Of a stretch of DNA of 64,000 nt, positions 1 to 9,640 are shown piece after piece. The notes under the pieces were generated by a model. That model was not told where the DNA came from. It ran no database searches and saw only the letters and a list, made by a program, of their open reading frames with translations. Numbering within the stretch: the stretch's first letter is position 1; each line of letters starts with the position of its first letter. Made by a program: the position numbers and the translations under genes. This DNA comes from an uncultured Gemmatimonadales bacterium (GTDB lineage: Bacteria > Gemmatimonadota > Gemmatimonadetes > Longimicrobiales > Longimicrobiaceae). The stretch is from assembly GCA_963716255.1 (NCBI GenBank), contig OY970303.1, positions 3,744,001 through 3,808,000 on the forward strand, read 5' to 3'.

Positions 1-1073
1 TCCAGCCGCGGCCGGTCGCCCAGCATGGGGGCCAGGCGGCGGCGGATCCCGCGATGGTACAGCTGCATGTTCTCTTCGGGCCCGAAGCGCGCGAACACCG
101 CCGCGCGCTGCTCCTCGGTGAGGCGCCCCAGGTCCAGCTCGTCGTGGTTGCGCAGGAAGTTGGCCCACTGCGAGGTGCGGGGGATCTCGCGGGTGGCGAG
201 GAGCGCCGCCGCCAGCGGGGCGGCGTCGGCGGTGGCCAGGGCGTGGAAGAGGTGCTGGTTGACCCAGAAGTTGAACATCATGTGGATCCCCGTCCCCCCG
301 TCCGCCCCGAAGTACGCCTCCGTTTCCGCGGGGAGCACGTTGGCCTCGCCCAGGAGGACGGCGTCGCCCACGCGCCACTGCATGAAGCGGCGCATCTCGG
401 CCAGGTACTCGAAGTGGAGCGTCCCCTGCTCCCTCCCGGGGACGGTGCTCTCGATGACGAAGGGGACCGCGTCCACCCGGAAGCCGGCCACCCCCAGCTG
501 GAGCCAGTACCCCATGATGCGCCGCACCTCGGTGCGCACCGCCGGATGGTCCATGTTCAGGTCGGGCTGGAAGTCGAAGAAGCGGTGGTAGTAGTACGCC
601 CTGGCCTGCGGGTCGCGCGTCCAGGTGGACTCCTGCACCCCGGGAAACACCATTCCCCGGTTCCAGTCCGCGGGGCGCTTCCTGGACCACACGTACCAGT
701 CGCGGCGCGGCGAGTCCGGGTCGCTGCGCGCCTCCCGGAACCAGGGGTGCGTGTCCGAGGTGTGGTTCACCACCAGGTCCATGAGCACCCGGATGCCGCG
801 CTTCTCCGCCTGGTGCACGAACTCCACGAAGTCGCCGCTGGAGCCGTAGCGCGGGTCCACGCCGAAGTAGTCGGAGACGTCGTAGCCGTCGTCGCGGTCC
901 GGCGAGGGCTGGAAGGGGGCCAGCCACACCGCGCCCACGCCCAGCGCCTGGAGGTAGTCCAGGCGCCGCGTGAGTCCCTCGAAGTCGCCGCACCCGTCGC
1001 CGCTGGCGTCCATGAAGCTCTCGACGTCCAGGCTGTAGATGACGGTGTTCTTGTACCAGAGGTCTTCGATCAT
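1..1073 (-). CDS. GH13 alpha-amylase family protein, trehalose synthase (TreS)-like; runs off the window start
   Basis: Manual translation from ATG at 1073: MIEDLWYKNTVIYSLDVESFMDASGDGCGDFEGLTRRLDYLQALGV...DDGYDVSDY...DLVVNHTSDTHPWF, typical GH13 N-terminal motifs. Confidence 0.85.
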   Translation of the reverse strand, partial: MIEDLWYKNTVIYSLDVESFMDASGDGCGDFEGLTRRLDYLQALGVGAVWLAPFQPSPDRDDGYDVSDYFGVDPRYGSSGDFVEFVHQAEKRGIRVLMDLVVNHTSDTHPWFREARSDPDSPRRDWYVWSRKRPADWNRGMVFPGVQESTWTRDPQARAYYYHRFFDFQPDLNMDHPAVRTEVRRIMGYWLQLGVAGFRVDAVPFVIESTVPGREQGTLHFEYLAEMRRFMQWRVGDAVLLGEANVLPAETEAYFGADGGTGIHMMFNFWVNQHLFHALATADAAPLAAALLATREIPRTSQWANFLRNHDELDLGRLTEEQRAAVFARFGPEENMQLYHRGIRRRLAPMLGDRPRL

Positions 1074-1100
1074 GAAGAACGACTTACGGCTGTGAGGAGC

Positions 1101-1256
1101 GGGTTCGGGCGTGCCCCCGCTGGCGCGGGGTCGGGCTTCGGCTCCGCAACGCACGAAACAACCGTGCGTAACGGAGTCGAGCCCCGGCAAACAGCCGCCG
1201 GGGCTCGCCCCTTCGGGCCGGAATCCCTCACGCGGGCATCGCGCTGGCGTCCACGG
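1101..1256 (+). repeat. Structured dispersed repeat, family A, copy 1
   Basis: GGGTTCGGGCGTGCCCCC...GGCTCCG-stem-AAACAAC-stem-CGGAGTCGAGCCC...ATCCCTCACGC. Confidence 0.95.
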
Positions 1257-1287
1257 CAAAGATGCAAGCTCCCGTCCAGGCGTGGCG

Positions 1288-2207
1288 TCAGCTTCCGCGC
1301 AGGCGCTCCAGCAGCTCCGTCATGTCGGGGGGGAGGGGCGAGTGGAAGACGGCGGGGGCGCCGGTGGCGGGGTGCAGCAGGGCGAGGAGGGCGGCGTGCA
1401 GCGCCTGCCGCCCGATGGGCTGGAGGCCGCCGGGGCCGTAGACGGGGTCGCCGAGGATGGGGTGGCCCAGGTGGCGGAGGTGGACGCGCGCCTGGTGGGT
1501 GCGGCCGGTCTCCAGCTCCAGGCGGAGCAGGGTGGCGTCCGCGAAGCGCTCCAGCACGCGGAAGCGGGTGCGCGCGGGGGCGCCGTCCGGGCGGACCGTG
1601 CGGCGCGACGCCTCCGCCGGGTCGCGGCCGATGGGCGCGTCGACGACGCCCTCGTCGCCCCGGGGACCCGGCCGCGGACCAGGGCCAGGTACTCGCGGCG
1701 CAGGGTGTGGCCGCGGAGCTGGGGGTCCAGGCGCCGGTGGGCGAGCGGGGTGCGCGCGAAGAGCACCAGCCCGGAGGTGCCGCGGTCCAGGCGGTGAACG
1801 GGGTGCACCCGCGCGCGGACGCCACGCAGCAGGTCGCGGTGCGCCACGCCGTTGGCGAGCGTCCCGGTCTGGCCGCGGAGCACGGGGTGCACCAGGATCC
1901 CGGCCGGCTTGTCCACCACCAGCAGGTCGTCGTCCTCGTGGACCACGCGCAGCTCCAGCGGCGACGGCACCACGGAGGGGGCGCCCTCGGGATCGGTGGC
2001 GGCGGACACCACGTCGCCGGCGCGCACCGGGGCGGACGGCGTGGTGCGGCGCCCGTTCAGGCGGATGGCGCGCAGCCGGGTGAGACGCCGCACCTCGTCG
2101 CGCGAGAAGCCCAGCGGCCCGGCGAGGACCGCGCCCACGCTGGGCTCCGCCGCCTCCGCGCCGACCGTGTGCTCCACCCACGGCGTGGCTTCGCCCGCGT
2201 CACGCAC
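1288..2207 (-). pseudogene. RluA/RluD-family pseudouridine synthase, frameshifted near 1660
   Basis: N-terminal half (VVDKPAG, HRLDRGTSG) lies in ORF 1320..2207; C-terminal half (LETGRTHQARVHL, GHPILGDPVYG, QALHA) lies in ORF 1288..2181. Confidence 0.75.
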
Positions 2208-2219
2208 GCGCGCCGGGGG

Positions 2220-2765
2220 CTACGCGCCGCCGACGATTCTGCGCACCTGGGTCGCGATGCGGTCCTCCAGGACGCGCGTGGAGGTGCACTGCGCGCGGGT
2301 GCCGCCGGCGGGAGGGGCGGCCACGGCCTCCACCCGCAGCTCGAGCCGGGTGGTGCCGTCGGGGTTGGTCTGCACCGCCGTGCGGACCGTCGCTTCCAGG
2401 TCGTACAGGTTCGCGGCCGGCGCGCCGATGGGGTTGCTGCCGCAGTTGAGGAAGCGCGCCGCCCGCTCGCCCGCCAGCCTCCCCCGCGAGCGCATCAGCG
2501 GCGTCCCGAAGACCCGCTCCCCCTGGCTGACGACCCCGCCCGCGAGCCCCACGGCCCGGTACGCGGCAGGAAGCGCGGCCCACACCCGGTCCGCGGGCGC
2601 GAGGACGTCGTGCGTCGCCACCCGCTCGTCCCTCGCCGCGGTGATCTCGAACCCGCCGCCCCCGGTCTCCATGCGCGTGGTGCTCGGCCCCGAGCTCCCC
2701 GTTTGGAGGCCGCCGCCGGCGCAGCCGGCGAGCGCGAGGAGGAGCAGCGTGGCGGATGGGTGCAT
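2220..2765 (-). CDS. Hypothetical lipoprotein
   Basis: MHPSATLLLLALAGC lipobox; protein-like composition. Confidence 0.7.
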   Translation of the reverse strand: MHPSATLLLLALAGCAGGGLQTGSSGPSTTRMETGGGGFEITAARDERVATHDVLAPADRVWAALPAAYRAVGLAGGVVSQGERVFGTPLMRSRGRLAGERAARFLNCGSNPIGAPAANLYDLEATVRTAVQTNPDGTTRLELRVEAVAAPPAGGTRAQCTSTRVLEDRIATQVRRIVGGA

Positions 2766-2854
2766 GGGGACTCCGGACAAAGACGTGGGAGAGGACGAGG
2801 CAGGAGGCGTCTCAATGGGGGAGGGGTGGCGCGCGGCGCCGGGGTGGGGACCCC

Positions 2855-3016
2855 CGCGGACGCCAGCGCGATCCCCGCGTGAGGGATTTCGGCCCGAAGG
2901 GGCGAGACCCGGCGGGGCTGTTTCCGCCGGGGCTCGACTCCGTTAAGCAGCGTTGTTTGCTGCTTTACGGAGCCGAAGCCCGACCCCGGCGCCCGCCGGG
3001 GGCACGCCCAAACCCG
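2855..3016 (-). repeat. Family A repeat, copy 2
   Basis: GCGTGAGGGATTTCGG...GGGGCACGCCC on the + strand. Confidence 0.95.
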
Positions 3017-3037
3017 CGATTCAAAATGCCGTAATAA

Positions 3038-6000
3038 TCAGCGCATCCCGGCAACGGAACGTCCGCCGCCCAGCCTGCCCATCAGCTCCCGGACGGCGGC
3101 GTCGAGCTGCGAATCCCGCGCGGCCAGCGTCTCGCCGATGGGACGCGTCACGGGGACGTCCACCGGGCGGGGCGCCAGCTCCATGTTGTCCCCGGCCGCC
3201 CCGGTGATGCGGACGAACGGAATGCGCAGCGACGACCCGTCCAGCAGGTTGATGTTTGAGGTGTAGATGATCCAGCCGGCGGTGGGCTCGCCCACCACCT
3301 TGCCCAGCCCCAGCGCGCGGTACCCCTCGGTGAAGTCCTCGGCGTCGGACAGGGAGTGCTGGTTGACGACGAGCACCGTGGGGCCGGGGAAGGCGCGCTG
3401 CCCCAGCATGGTGCGCGCGGGCGCGGTGGGCTGGCCGCGGGTGGTCATGCTCATGTAGGGACGGCGCGAGAACACGTCCAGCACGTAGGGGTTGATGAAG
3501 CCGCCGCTGTTGTTGCGCAGGTCGATCACCACCCCCTCGCGCCCCATGTTCTCGGCGTCCAGGTCCAGGTACAGCTGATCCAGCGAGGCGCTGGACATGT
3601 CGTACAGGTGCACGTAGCCCAGCCGGCCGCCGCTCGCGCGCGCCACGTAGGCGCGGCTGGCCTCCACCCAGGCGCGGTACAGGAGCCCCTTCTCGGTGGC
3701 GGTGTTCACCGGGCGCACCACCACCTCGCGTCCGCTGGCGCCGGCTGCGGGCGCCACCGAAAGCGCCACCCGCCGCCCCACCTTTGCCTCCAGCAGCGCG
3801 TCCAGGCTGACGCGCGCGCCGGTGCGCGCGCCGTCCACCGCCAGCAGGTACTCGCCGGCGCGGATGCCGGCCAGCGCGGCGGGGCCCTGGGGAATCACCT
3901 CGGCGACGCGCAGCCGCCCGGAGGCCTCGTACTCGCCGCGGTCGAAGCGCAGCCCCAGCCGCCCGGTGGGCGACGTCGAGGGGCTGGCAGGGGCGGAGAT
4001 CCCCGAGTGGGAGGCGTTCAGCTCGCCCACCATCAGCGCCATGACGCGGCGCATCTCGTCGGGGGTGTGCGACCCGGCCACCTGCGGGGCGTAGCGCGCG
4101 TGCACGTCGTCCCAGTCGGCGCCGTGCATGCGCGGGTCGTAGAAGTTGTCGCGCAGATATCTCCACCCTTCCTCGAACACCGCCATCTTCTCGCGGGCGA
4201 AGTCCACCTGCATCTCGGCCGTGACGGCCACGGGGCGTGGCTGCCGGGTCTCCAGCGCCACTACCTGGATGCGTCCGTTCTCCAGGTAGTAGACCTCCTT
4301 GCTGTCGGGGGTGAACTGCGCCTCGCGCTTGGGCCCGGGGGTGGAGGTGAGCTGGCGCGCGGTCGCGGGCTCGCGGGACAGCTCATCCAGCGAGTACACG
4401 TACAGGTTCTGCTGGTTGGCGGCGCTGGCGACCACCAGGAGCCACTTGCCGTCCGGGGAGATGGTCTGCGAGCCCACGTCCAGCCCCACCGGCACGGGGC
4501 TGGCCCGGCGGCGGATCCCCTCCCAGGCGATCTCCACCGGCCTGCGCGGCGCGGGGCGGCGCGCGGCGGGGGCGCTGTCCTGGCCGGCGGCGGCCGGTGC
4601 GGGGCGCTGCGGCTGCGGGCCGTCGGGGCGGCTCTCGGTGCGGGGCTCGCCGGGGAGGCCGGGCGGCGACTGCTCGCGGAACAGGTCGCGGAACTGGTCC
4701 TCGCGGAAGCGGGGGAGGCGCGGCACCAGGTCCACGCGCACCACCTGCGCGTTCTCGGAGCGCTGCCACGAGTTCAGCAGCAGGTAGGTGCCGTCCGGGC
4801 TCCAGGAGACGGTGCTGGCGAACGCGTTCCCCAGGAAGCTCGCCGGGCGCGCGTCGCCCCCCGCGGCGGGGACCACGTGCACGTTGGTGAAGGGCTGCTC
4901 GCCCAGCGGCGACAGGAAGGCGATCCAGCGGCTGTCCGGCGACCACGCCATGCCGCGCTCGGAGCTGAAGGGCGGGCGGTCCAGGTAGCCGCGCGCCAGC
5001 ATGCGCTCCTCCCCGGTGGCGGGGTCCACCACGCGCAGCTCGCGGCCGCCGCGCGCGAAGGCCACCCACCGGCCGTCCGGCGAGAACACGGGCGAGGCGT
5101 CGGGGCCGTCGCCGCGGGTGAGCGGCCGCTCGGCCCGGCTGGCCAGGTCGTACAGGTACAGCCGGGTGGCGCCGCCGCGCTGGGCGGCGTACACCAGGCG
5201 GCGGCTGTCGGGGGCCCACGCCACCTGCGACTCGCGCCCGGGGGTGTCCGTCACCCGCTCGGCGTCGCCGCCCTCCTTTGCGCCGGCCGCGAACACCTCG
5301 CCGCGGACCACCAGGGCGACCTTCCTGCCGTCCGGCGACAGCGCCAGCTCCTGGAAGTCCTCCGTGAAGCGGCGGCGCTCGGGATCGGGGGCGGCGGGGG
5401 TGCCGCGCAGCGTCACCGGGACCTCGGAGGCCTCGCCGGTGGCGGTGTCCATCCGCCAGACGCGGAAGTCGCGCTCGAACACCAGCGTGCGCCCGTCCGG
5501 CGAGACGGAGGGCCACAGCACGCGCCCGCCGCGGAAGCGGGTCACCTGCCGCGGCTCGGCGCCGGGGGCCACGCTCCACACGTTCTGCGCGCCGCCGCGG
5601 TCGGACACGAAGAACAGGGTCCGCCCGTCCGGGCCCCACATGGGCCACCCCTCGCGGGCGCCGCGGCGGGTCACCTGCTCGTAGCGCGCGCCGGCACCGG
5701 GGCGGAGCAGCCAGAGCTCGCTCTGGTCCAGGTGGCTGCTCCCCAGGCGCCACCACTGCGCGGACGAGGTCCCGCGCGCCGTGAAGGCCAGCGTGCCGTC
5801 CGGCCCCTCGGCGGAGGCGAACTCGTTGGTGTAGCGGTCGGCGCTCACCTGCATGGGGGTGCCGCCCTCCACGCTCACCCGGTACAGGTCGTTCATCCCC
5901 CCCACGTCGCCGGCGGTGGCGGAGAAGTACACCCACCTGCCGTCGCGCGACCAGCCGTCCAGCTGGTCCAGCCCGTCCCCGAAGGTGAGGCGCCGCAGCT

Positions 6001-6319
6001 CGCCCCCGGCCAGGTCCAGCACGTACACGTCGCCGCCGCCGGTGCGGGTGGAGACGAAGGCCAGCCGGCGGCCGTCGGGCGAGTACAGCGGGCGCTGCTC
6101 GGTGGCCGGGTGCGACACCAGGAGCCGGGCCTCGCCGCCTCGCGCGGGCACCGTCCACACGTCGCCCCCGGAGACGAAGGCGATCTCCGCCCCGTCCGGG
6201 GAGATGCCGGGCTCGGCCAGCGACGGGCGGGCGGCGGCCGGGTCCTGCGCCCCGGCCAGGGTGGTCGCGTACGCGAGCGCGGCGAGCGCCGGGAGCGACG
6301 AGCGGATGCGGTGCATCAT
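3038..6319 (-). CDS. Tricorn-like S41 peptidase with PD40/beta-propeller repeats and PDZ domain
   Basis: Signal peptide; repeated SPDG motifs; MVGELNASH, DLRNNSGG, SLSDAE, VVGEPTAG. Confidence 0.92.
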   Translation of the reverse strand: MMHRIRSSLPALAALAYATTLAGAQDPAAARPSLAEPGISPDGAEIAFVSGGDVWTVPARGGEARLLVSHPATEQRPLYSPDGRRLAFVSTRTGGGDVYVLDLAGGELRRLTFGDGLDQLDGWSRDGRWVYFSATAGDVGGMNDLYRVSVEGGTPMQVSADRYTNEFASAEGPDGTLAFTARGTSSAQWWRLGSSHLDQSELWLLRPGAGARYEQVTRRGAREGWPMWGPDGRTLFFVSDRGGAQNVWSVAPGAEPRQVTRFRGGRVLWPSVSPDGRTLVFERDFRVWRMDTATGEASEVPVTLRGTPAAPDPERRRFTEDFQELALSPDGRKVALVVRGEVFAAGAKEGGDAERVTDTPGRESQVAWAPDSRRLVYAAQRGGATRLYLYDLASRAERPLTRGDGPDASPVFSPDGRWVAFARGGRELRVVDPATGEERMLARGYLDRPPFSSERGMAWSPDSRWIAFLSPLGEQPFTNVHVVPAAGGDARPASFLGNAFASTVSWSPDGTYLLLNSWQRSENAQVVRVDLVPRLPRFREDQFRDLFREQSPPGLPGEPRTESRPDGPQPQRPAPAAAGQDSAPAARRPAPRRPVEIAWEGIRRRASPVPVGLDVGSQTISPDGKWLLVVASAANQQNLYVYSLDELSREPATARQLTSTPGPKREAQFTPDSKEVYYLENGRIQVVALETRQPRPVAVTAEMQVDFAREKMAVFEEGWRYLRDNFYDPRMHGADWDDVHARYAPQVAGSHTPDEMRRVMALMVGELNASHSGISAPASPSTSPTGRLGLRFDRGEYEASGRLRVAEVIPQGPAALAGIRAGEYLLAVDGARTGARVSLDALLEAKVGRRVALSVAPAAGASGREVVVRPVNTATEKGLLYRAWVEASRAYVARASGGRLGYVHLYDMSSASLDQLYLDLDAENMGREGVVIDLRNNSGGFINPYVLDVFSRRPYMSMTTRGQPTAPARTMLGQRAFPGPTVLVVNQHSLSDAEDFTEGYRALGLGKVVGEPTAGWIIYTSNINLLDGSSLRIPFVRITGAAGDNMELAPRPVDVPVTRPIGETLAARDSQLDAAVRELMGRLGGGRSVAGMR

Positions 6320-6562
6320 GGGGGCGTGTGGGGGGTGCCGGGGATCCGGCCCGGGACGGGCGCGGAGGGGCGGCGCGGCGGCCGGAGGGCGTCGCCCGCA
6401 CGGATGATACGCGCCGCGCCGCCGCCCGACAATCCCGCTCCCCGCCACGATGGGGACGTCGCGGGAACCGATCTTGCGCGCCGGCCGGCGGCGGGTGTTG
6501 CCAGGCGCCCGCCCGCGTGCCAACCTGAGTGCGGACCCGCCGGAACCCCTCACCCGAGCAGC

Positions 6563-7894
6563 ATGGACATGGGCAGCCCCGTACGATTCCTCCCGCGCGG
6601 CCTGGCGCCGTGCCTCGCCGCCCTGCTCGCCTGGAGCTGCGCGCCCGCCGCGCCCCCGGCGTCCGCCCCGGCGGACGGCCACGCGCACGCCGCGGCGGGG
6701 ACGCCCGACGCGCTCGCCGCCGCCGCGGTGGCGCGCTGCGGCCGGCTGTCCGGGCAGCGCAAGCAGGGGTGCTACGACGCGGAGCTCCTGGGCGTGCTGC
6801 ACGCGCAGGGGGTACGCCCGGCCATGGAGGCGCTGGACGGCGTGGTGGCCCGCGACCGCGACGCGAAGCGGAGCGCGCACGTGTACGCGCACGGCATCGG
6901 CATCGCGGCGTACGGCGGGCCGGACTCGGTGGGCGCCGTGTTCGCGCGCTGCACCCCCGAGCACCAGTCCGGGTGCTACCACGGGGTGGTGCAGGCGTAC
7001 TTCGTGGACGCCCGCCGCTCCGGCGGCGAGGTGGGCGCGGCCACGGCGAACGCGCTCTGCCGCGACTACCGCGCGGAGGAGGGCCGGGTCGGCGACCGCT
7101 GGCTCCAGTTCCAGTGCGCGCACGGAATGGGGCACGGGCTGGTCATGTTCCACGGCCACGACCTCCCCGCGGCGCTCGCGGGGTGCGACCTGCTGGAGTC
7201 CTCCTTCGAGCGGGAAACGTGCTACCAGGGCGCGTTCATGGAGAACCTGGTGAACGCCATCGTTCCGCACCACCCCGCCGCCGCCCTTGCGCACGGCGCC
7301 GCCGCGGCGGGTGGGCACGACGCCCACGGGGCGCACGCGGGCCACGGCGCGGGCGCGGCGCCGGCCTCCGCGTTCAGGGCGCTGGACCCGGACGACCTTC
7401 TCTACCCGTGCAGCGCCGTGGCCGAGCGATACTGGAGCGCGTGCTACTCCATGCAGACCTCCGCCATCCTGCACCACACCGGGCAGGACGTGGCGCGCAC
7501 GGCGCAGGAGTGCGGCCGGGTCCCGCCGGGCATGCGGACCACCTGCTTCATGAGCCTGGGGCGCGACATCAGCGGCATGACCGCGCAGGACCGGGCCGCG
7601 GCGCGGGCGAAGTGCGCCGTGGTGGACGGGGCGGCGGACCGGGCCTGGTGCCACGTGGGGGTGGCGACCAACATGCTCAACGTCACCGCCCGCGCCGAGG
7701 ACGGAATCGTGTACTGCCGCGAGCTGCCGTCCACCGAGGACAAGGCGCTCTGCTACGAGCACGTGGGCGGGCAGCTGCTGGTGCTGTCCGACGGGGAGCC
7801 GGCGCGGGAGGAAGCGTGCCGGTCCGCCGAGCCGGAGTACGTGGATGCCTGCCGACGAGGGGCCAGGCTGGGGGTGGCGGGAAGGCAGCATTGA
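6563..7894 (+). CDS. Cys/His-rich secreted lipoprotein of unknown function
   Basis: LLAWSC lipobox; AHVYAHGIG, SGCYHG, CAHGMGHG, CYQGAFMEN and YPC motifs; His-rich linker. Confidence 0.8.
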   Translation: MDMGSPVRFLPRGLAPCLAALLAWSCAPAAPPASAPADGHAHAAAGTPDALAAAAVARCGRLSGQRKQGCYDAELLGVLHAQGVRPAMEALDGVVARDRDAKRSAHVYAHGIGIAAYGGPDSVGAVFARCTPEHQSGCYHGVVQAYFVDARRSGGEVGAATANALCRDYRAEEGRVGDRWLQFQCAHGMGHGLVMFHGHDLPAALAGCDLLESSFERETCYQGAFMENLVNAIVPHHPAAALAHGAAAAGGHDAHGAHAGHGAGAAPASAFRALDPDDLLYPCSAVAERYWSACYSMQTSAILHHTGQDVARTAQECGRVPPGMRTTCFMSLGRDISGMTAQDRAAARAKCAVVDGAADRAWCHVGVATNMLNVTARAEDGIVYCRELPSTEDKALCYEHVGGQLLVLSDGEPAREEACRSAEPEYVDACRRGARLGVAGRQH

Positions 7895-7899
7895 ACGAC

Positions 7900-8058
7900 G
7901 GGGTTGGGCGTGCCCCCGGCTGGCGCCGGGGTCGGGCTTCGGCTCCGTAGAGCAGCAAACAACGCTGCTCAACGGAGTCGAGCCCCGGCAAACCGCCGCC
8001 GGGTCTCGCCCCTTCGGGCCGTAATCCCTCACGCGGGGTGGGTGCTGGCGTCCGCGGG
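7900..8058 (+). repeat. Family A repeat, copy 3
   Basis: Begins 6 nt after the stop at 7894; central stem GAGCAGC/GCTGCTC. Confidence 0.95.
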
Positions 8059-8161
8059 GAGAGCTGCACGGCCTTTCGTCGATCATCCGCGCAGTGCCGC
8101 AGGATCCGCGCACCGGCGACCGCCGGCGCGGCCGACGTTCACCCTTGCCAAGGAGAGGGCG

Positions 8162-8635
8162 ATGGAGGCAGAACGGCAGCAGGAGCACCGCTGGCTGGAG
8201 CGGCTCGTGGGGGAGTGGACCTCCGAGATGGAGGCCGTCATGAAGCCGGGCGAACCGCCCCAGACCTTCACCGGCACGGAGAGCGTGCGCTCCCTGGACG
8301 GCCTGTGGGTGCTGTGCGAGGGGACGCCCAGCGGCGGCACCTCGACGACGATCATGACGCTCGGCTACGACCCGGCGAAGGGGCGCGTCCTGGGCACCTT
8401 CATCGGGTCCATGTCGACGCACATGTGGGTCTACGAGGCCGAGCTGGACCCCTCGGGCGACGTGCTGACGCTGAACACCGAGGGCCCGGGCTTCGGGGAC
8501 GAGACCCGGACCGCGAAGTACATGGACACCATCGAGTTCCTGGGCGACGACCACCGCGTGCTGAAGTCCCGCGTCCAGGACCAGGAGGGAGCCTGGCAGG
8601 ACGTGATGGAGGTGCACTACCGGCGTGTGAAGTAG
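8162..8635 (+). CDS. DUF1579-family protein
   Basis: EHRWLERLVGEW...TLGYDPAKGRVLGTFIGSM...MEVHYRR; GGAG RBS. Confidence 0.8.
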   Translation: MEAERQQEHRWLERLVGEWTSEMEAVMKPGEPPQTFTGTESVRSLDGLWVLCEGTPSGGTSTTIMTLGYDPAKGRVLGTFIGSMSTHMWVYEAELDPSGDVLTLNTEGPGFGDETRTAKYMDTIEFLGDDHRVLKSRVQDQEGAWQDVMEVHYRRVK

Positions 8636-8658
8636 CCGCGCCCTCCACCGGACGCGCG

Positions 8659-8693
8659 AAAAAGGGCAGCCCCGCCACGCGGGGCTGCCCTTC
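8659..8693 (+). terminator. Hairpin terminator
   Basis: AAGGGCAGCCCCGC-cac-GCGGGGCTGCCCTT. Confidence 0.6.
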
Positions 8694-8701
8694 TGCCACG
8701 G

Positions 8702-8757
8702 TCCTCACCCGTCTTGCTTGGGGCTTGCCACCCTCTCCCGATCCTGGGTGAGGGGGC
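8702..8757 (+). repeat. Family B repeat (CCCTC[T/C]CCC...GGG[A/T]GAGGG type)
   Basis: Homologous to 28118..28175 and to the IS-interrupted copy at 52168/53600. Confidence 0.65.
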
Positions 8758-8895
8758 CAACTGCTGAGCAGCCGTGGCTGTTCGGAGCTCCGGCATCTGC
8801 ACAAAGCCATGGACCGTGTTTGCGTGGCGACGGACCGACCGCGTAGAGTTCAGGGAACACGTGACGGTCCACACCAACCACCGCTTCCGGACTTC

Positions 8896-9438
8896 ATGCC
8901 ATCTCGCCTTCTCATCGGGGCCGCCCTGGCCGCGGCCATGCTCGGAAGCGGCCGCCTGTCCGCCCAGACCGCGGAGCGTGCTCACGTCACGATCAGCGCC
9001 GGAGAATCCAGCCGCACCCTCACGCACGCCGAGGTGGCCAGCCTGCCGCACGTCGCCGTCACCGCTACCCATCATGGCGAGACGCACCGCTACGAGGGCG
9101 TGCCGCTCGCGGATCTCCTCACGTATGGCGGAGCCTGGCCCACCGGAAGCCGGGCGGACGGCACGGTCGGAGACCGGGGGAACTTGCGGGGACCGGCGCT
9201 GGCCCGTTTCGTCGTGGTGACGGCGAGCGACGGCTATCGTGCCGTGATCGCACTTGCCGAGCTCGATTCGGCGACCGTGCAGGTAGCCCCTGGTGGACCG
9301 ATCGTGCTGGCGGACCGGGCCGATGGCCGGCCGCTTCGCACCGACGACGGTCCCTTTCGCCTCGTCGTCCCGGGAGACCTTCGCCCAGCCAGGTCGGTCC
9401 GCGGCGTCGTGCGCATCGAGGTCCGCAGCGCCCCGTAG
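8896..9438 (+). CDS. Secreted molybdopterin-oxidoreductase-like (Oxidored_molyb-type) protein
   Basis: Signal peptide; YEGVPLADLL, ASDGYRAV, GPFRLVVPGD..ARSVR. Confidence 0.7.
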   Translation: MPSRLLIGAALAAAMLGSGRLSAQTAERAHVTISAGESSRTLTHAEVASLPHVAVTATHHGETHRYEGVPLADLLTYGGAWPTGSRADGTVGDRGNLRGPALARFVVVTASDGYRAVIALAELDSATVQVAPGGPIVLADRADGRPLRTDDGPFRLVVPGDLRPARSVRGVVRIEVRSAP

Positions 9439-9469
9439 GGGCCCGCACATCGCGGTCGGGCAGACACCT

Positions 9470-9610
9470 GCGTGAGGGATTCCGGCCCGAAGGGGCGAGA
9501 CCCGGCGGGGTTGTTTCCGCCGGGTCTCGACTCCGTTAGCGAGCGTTGTTTGCTCGCTTACGGAGCCGAAGCCCGACCCCGGCGCCCGCCGGGGGCACGC
9601 CCAAATCCTG
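9470..9610 (-). repeat. Family A repeat, copy 4
   Basis: Central stem AGCGAGC/GCTCGCT. Confidence 0.95.
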
Positions 9611-9640
9611 CCGTTCAACCCGCCGTTGCCGTCGCCGGAA

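Noticed and set aside
1141..1185. Repeat A as a hammerhead ribozyme (GAAAC present in some copies)
   Set aside because: No conserved CTGANGA core, and GAAAC is not retained in all copies.
2953..3207. Recurrent small ORFs such as MFAALRSRSPTPAPAGGTP and MRDSGPKGRDPA
   Set aside because: They are translations of repeat A; lengths, frames and ends vary among copies and no RBS is evident.
3038..8617. 1859-aa S41 fusion, and the similarly extended ORFs 24093..27182 and 28396..33030
   Set aside because: The upstream parts are antisense or off-frame to other genes; credible starts lie at 6319, 25655 and 30072.
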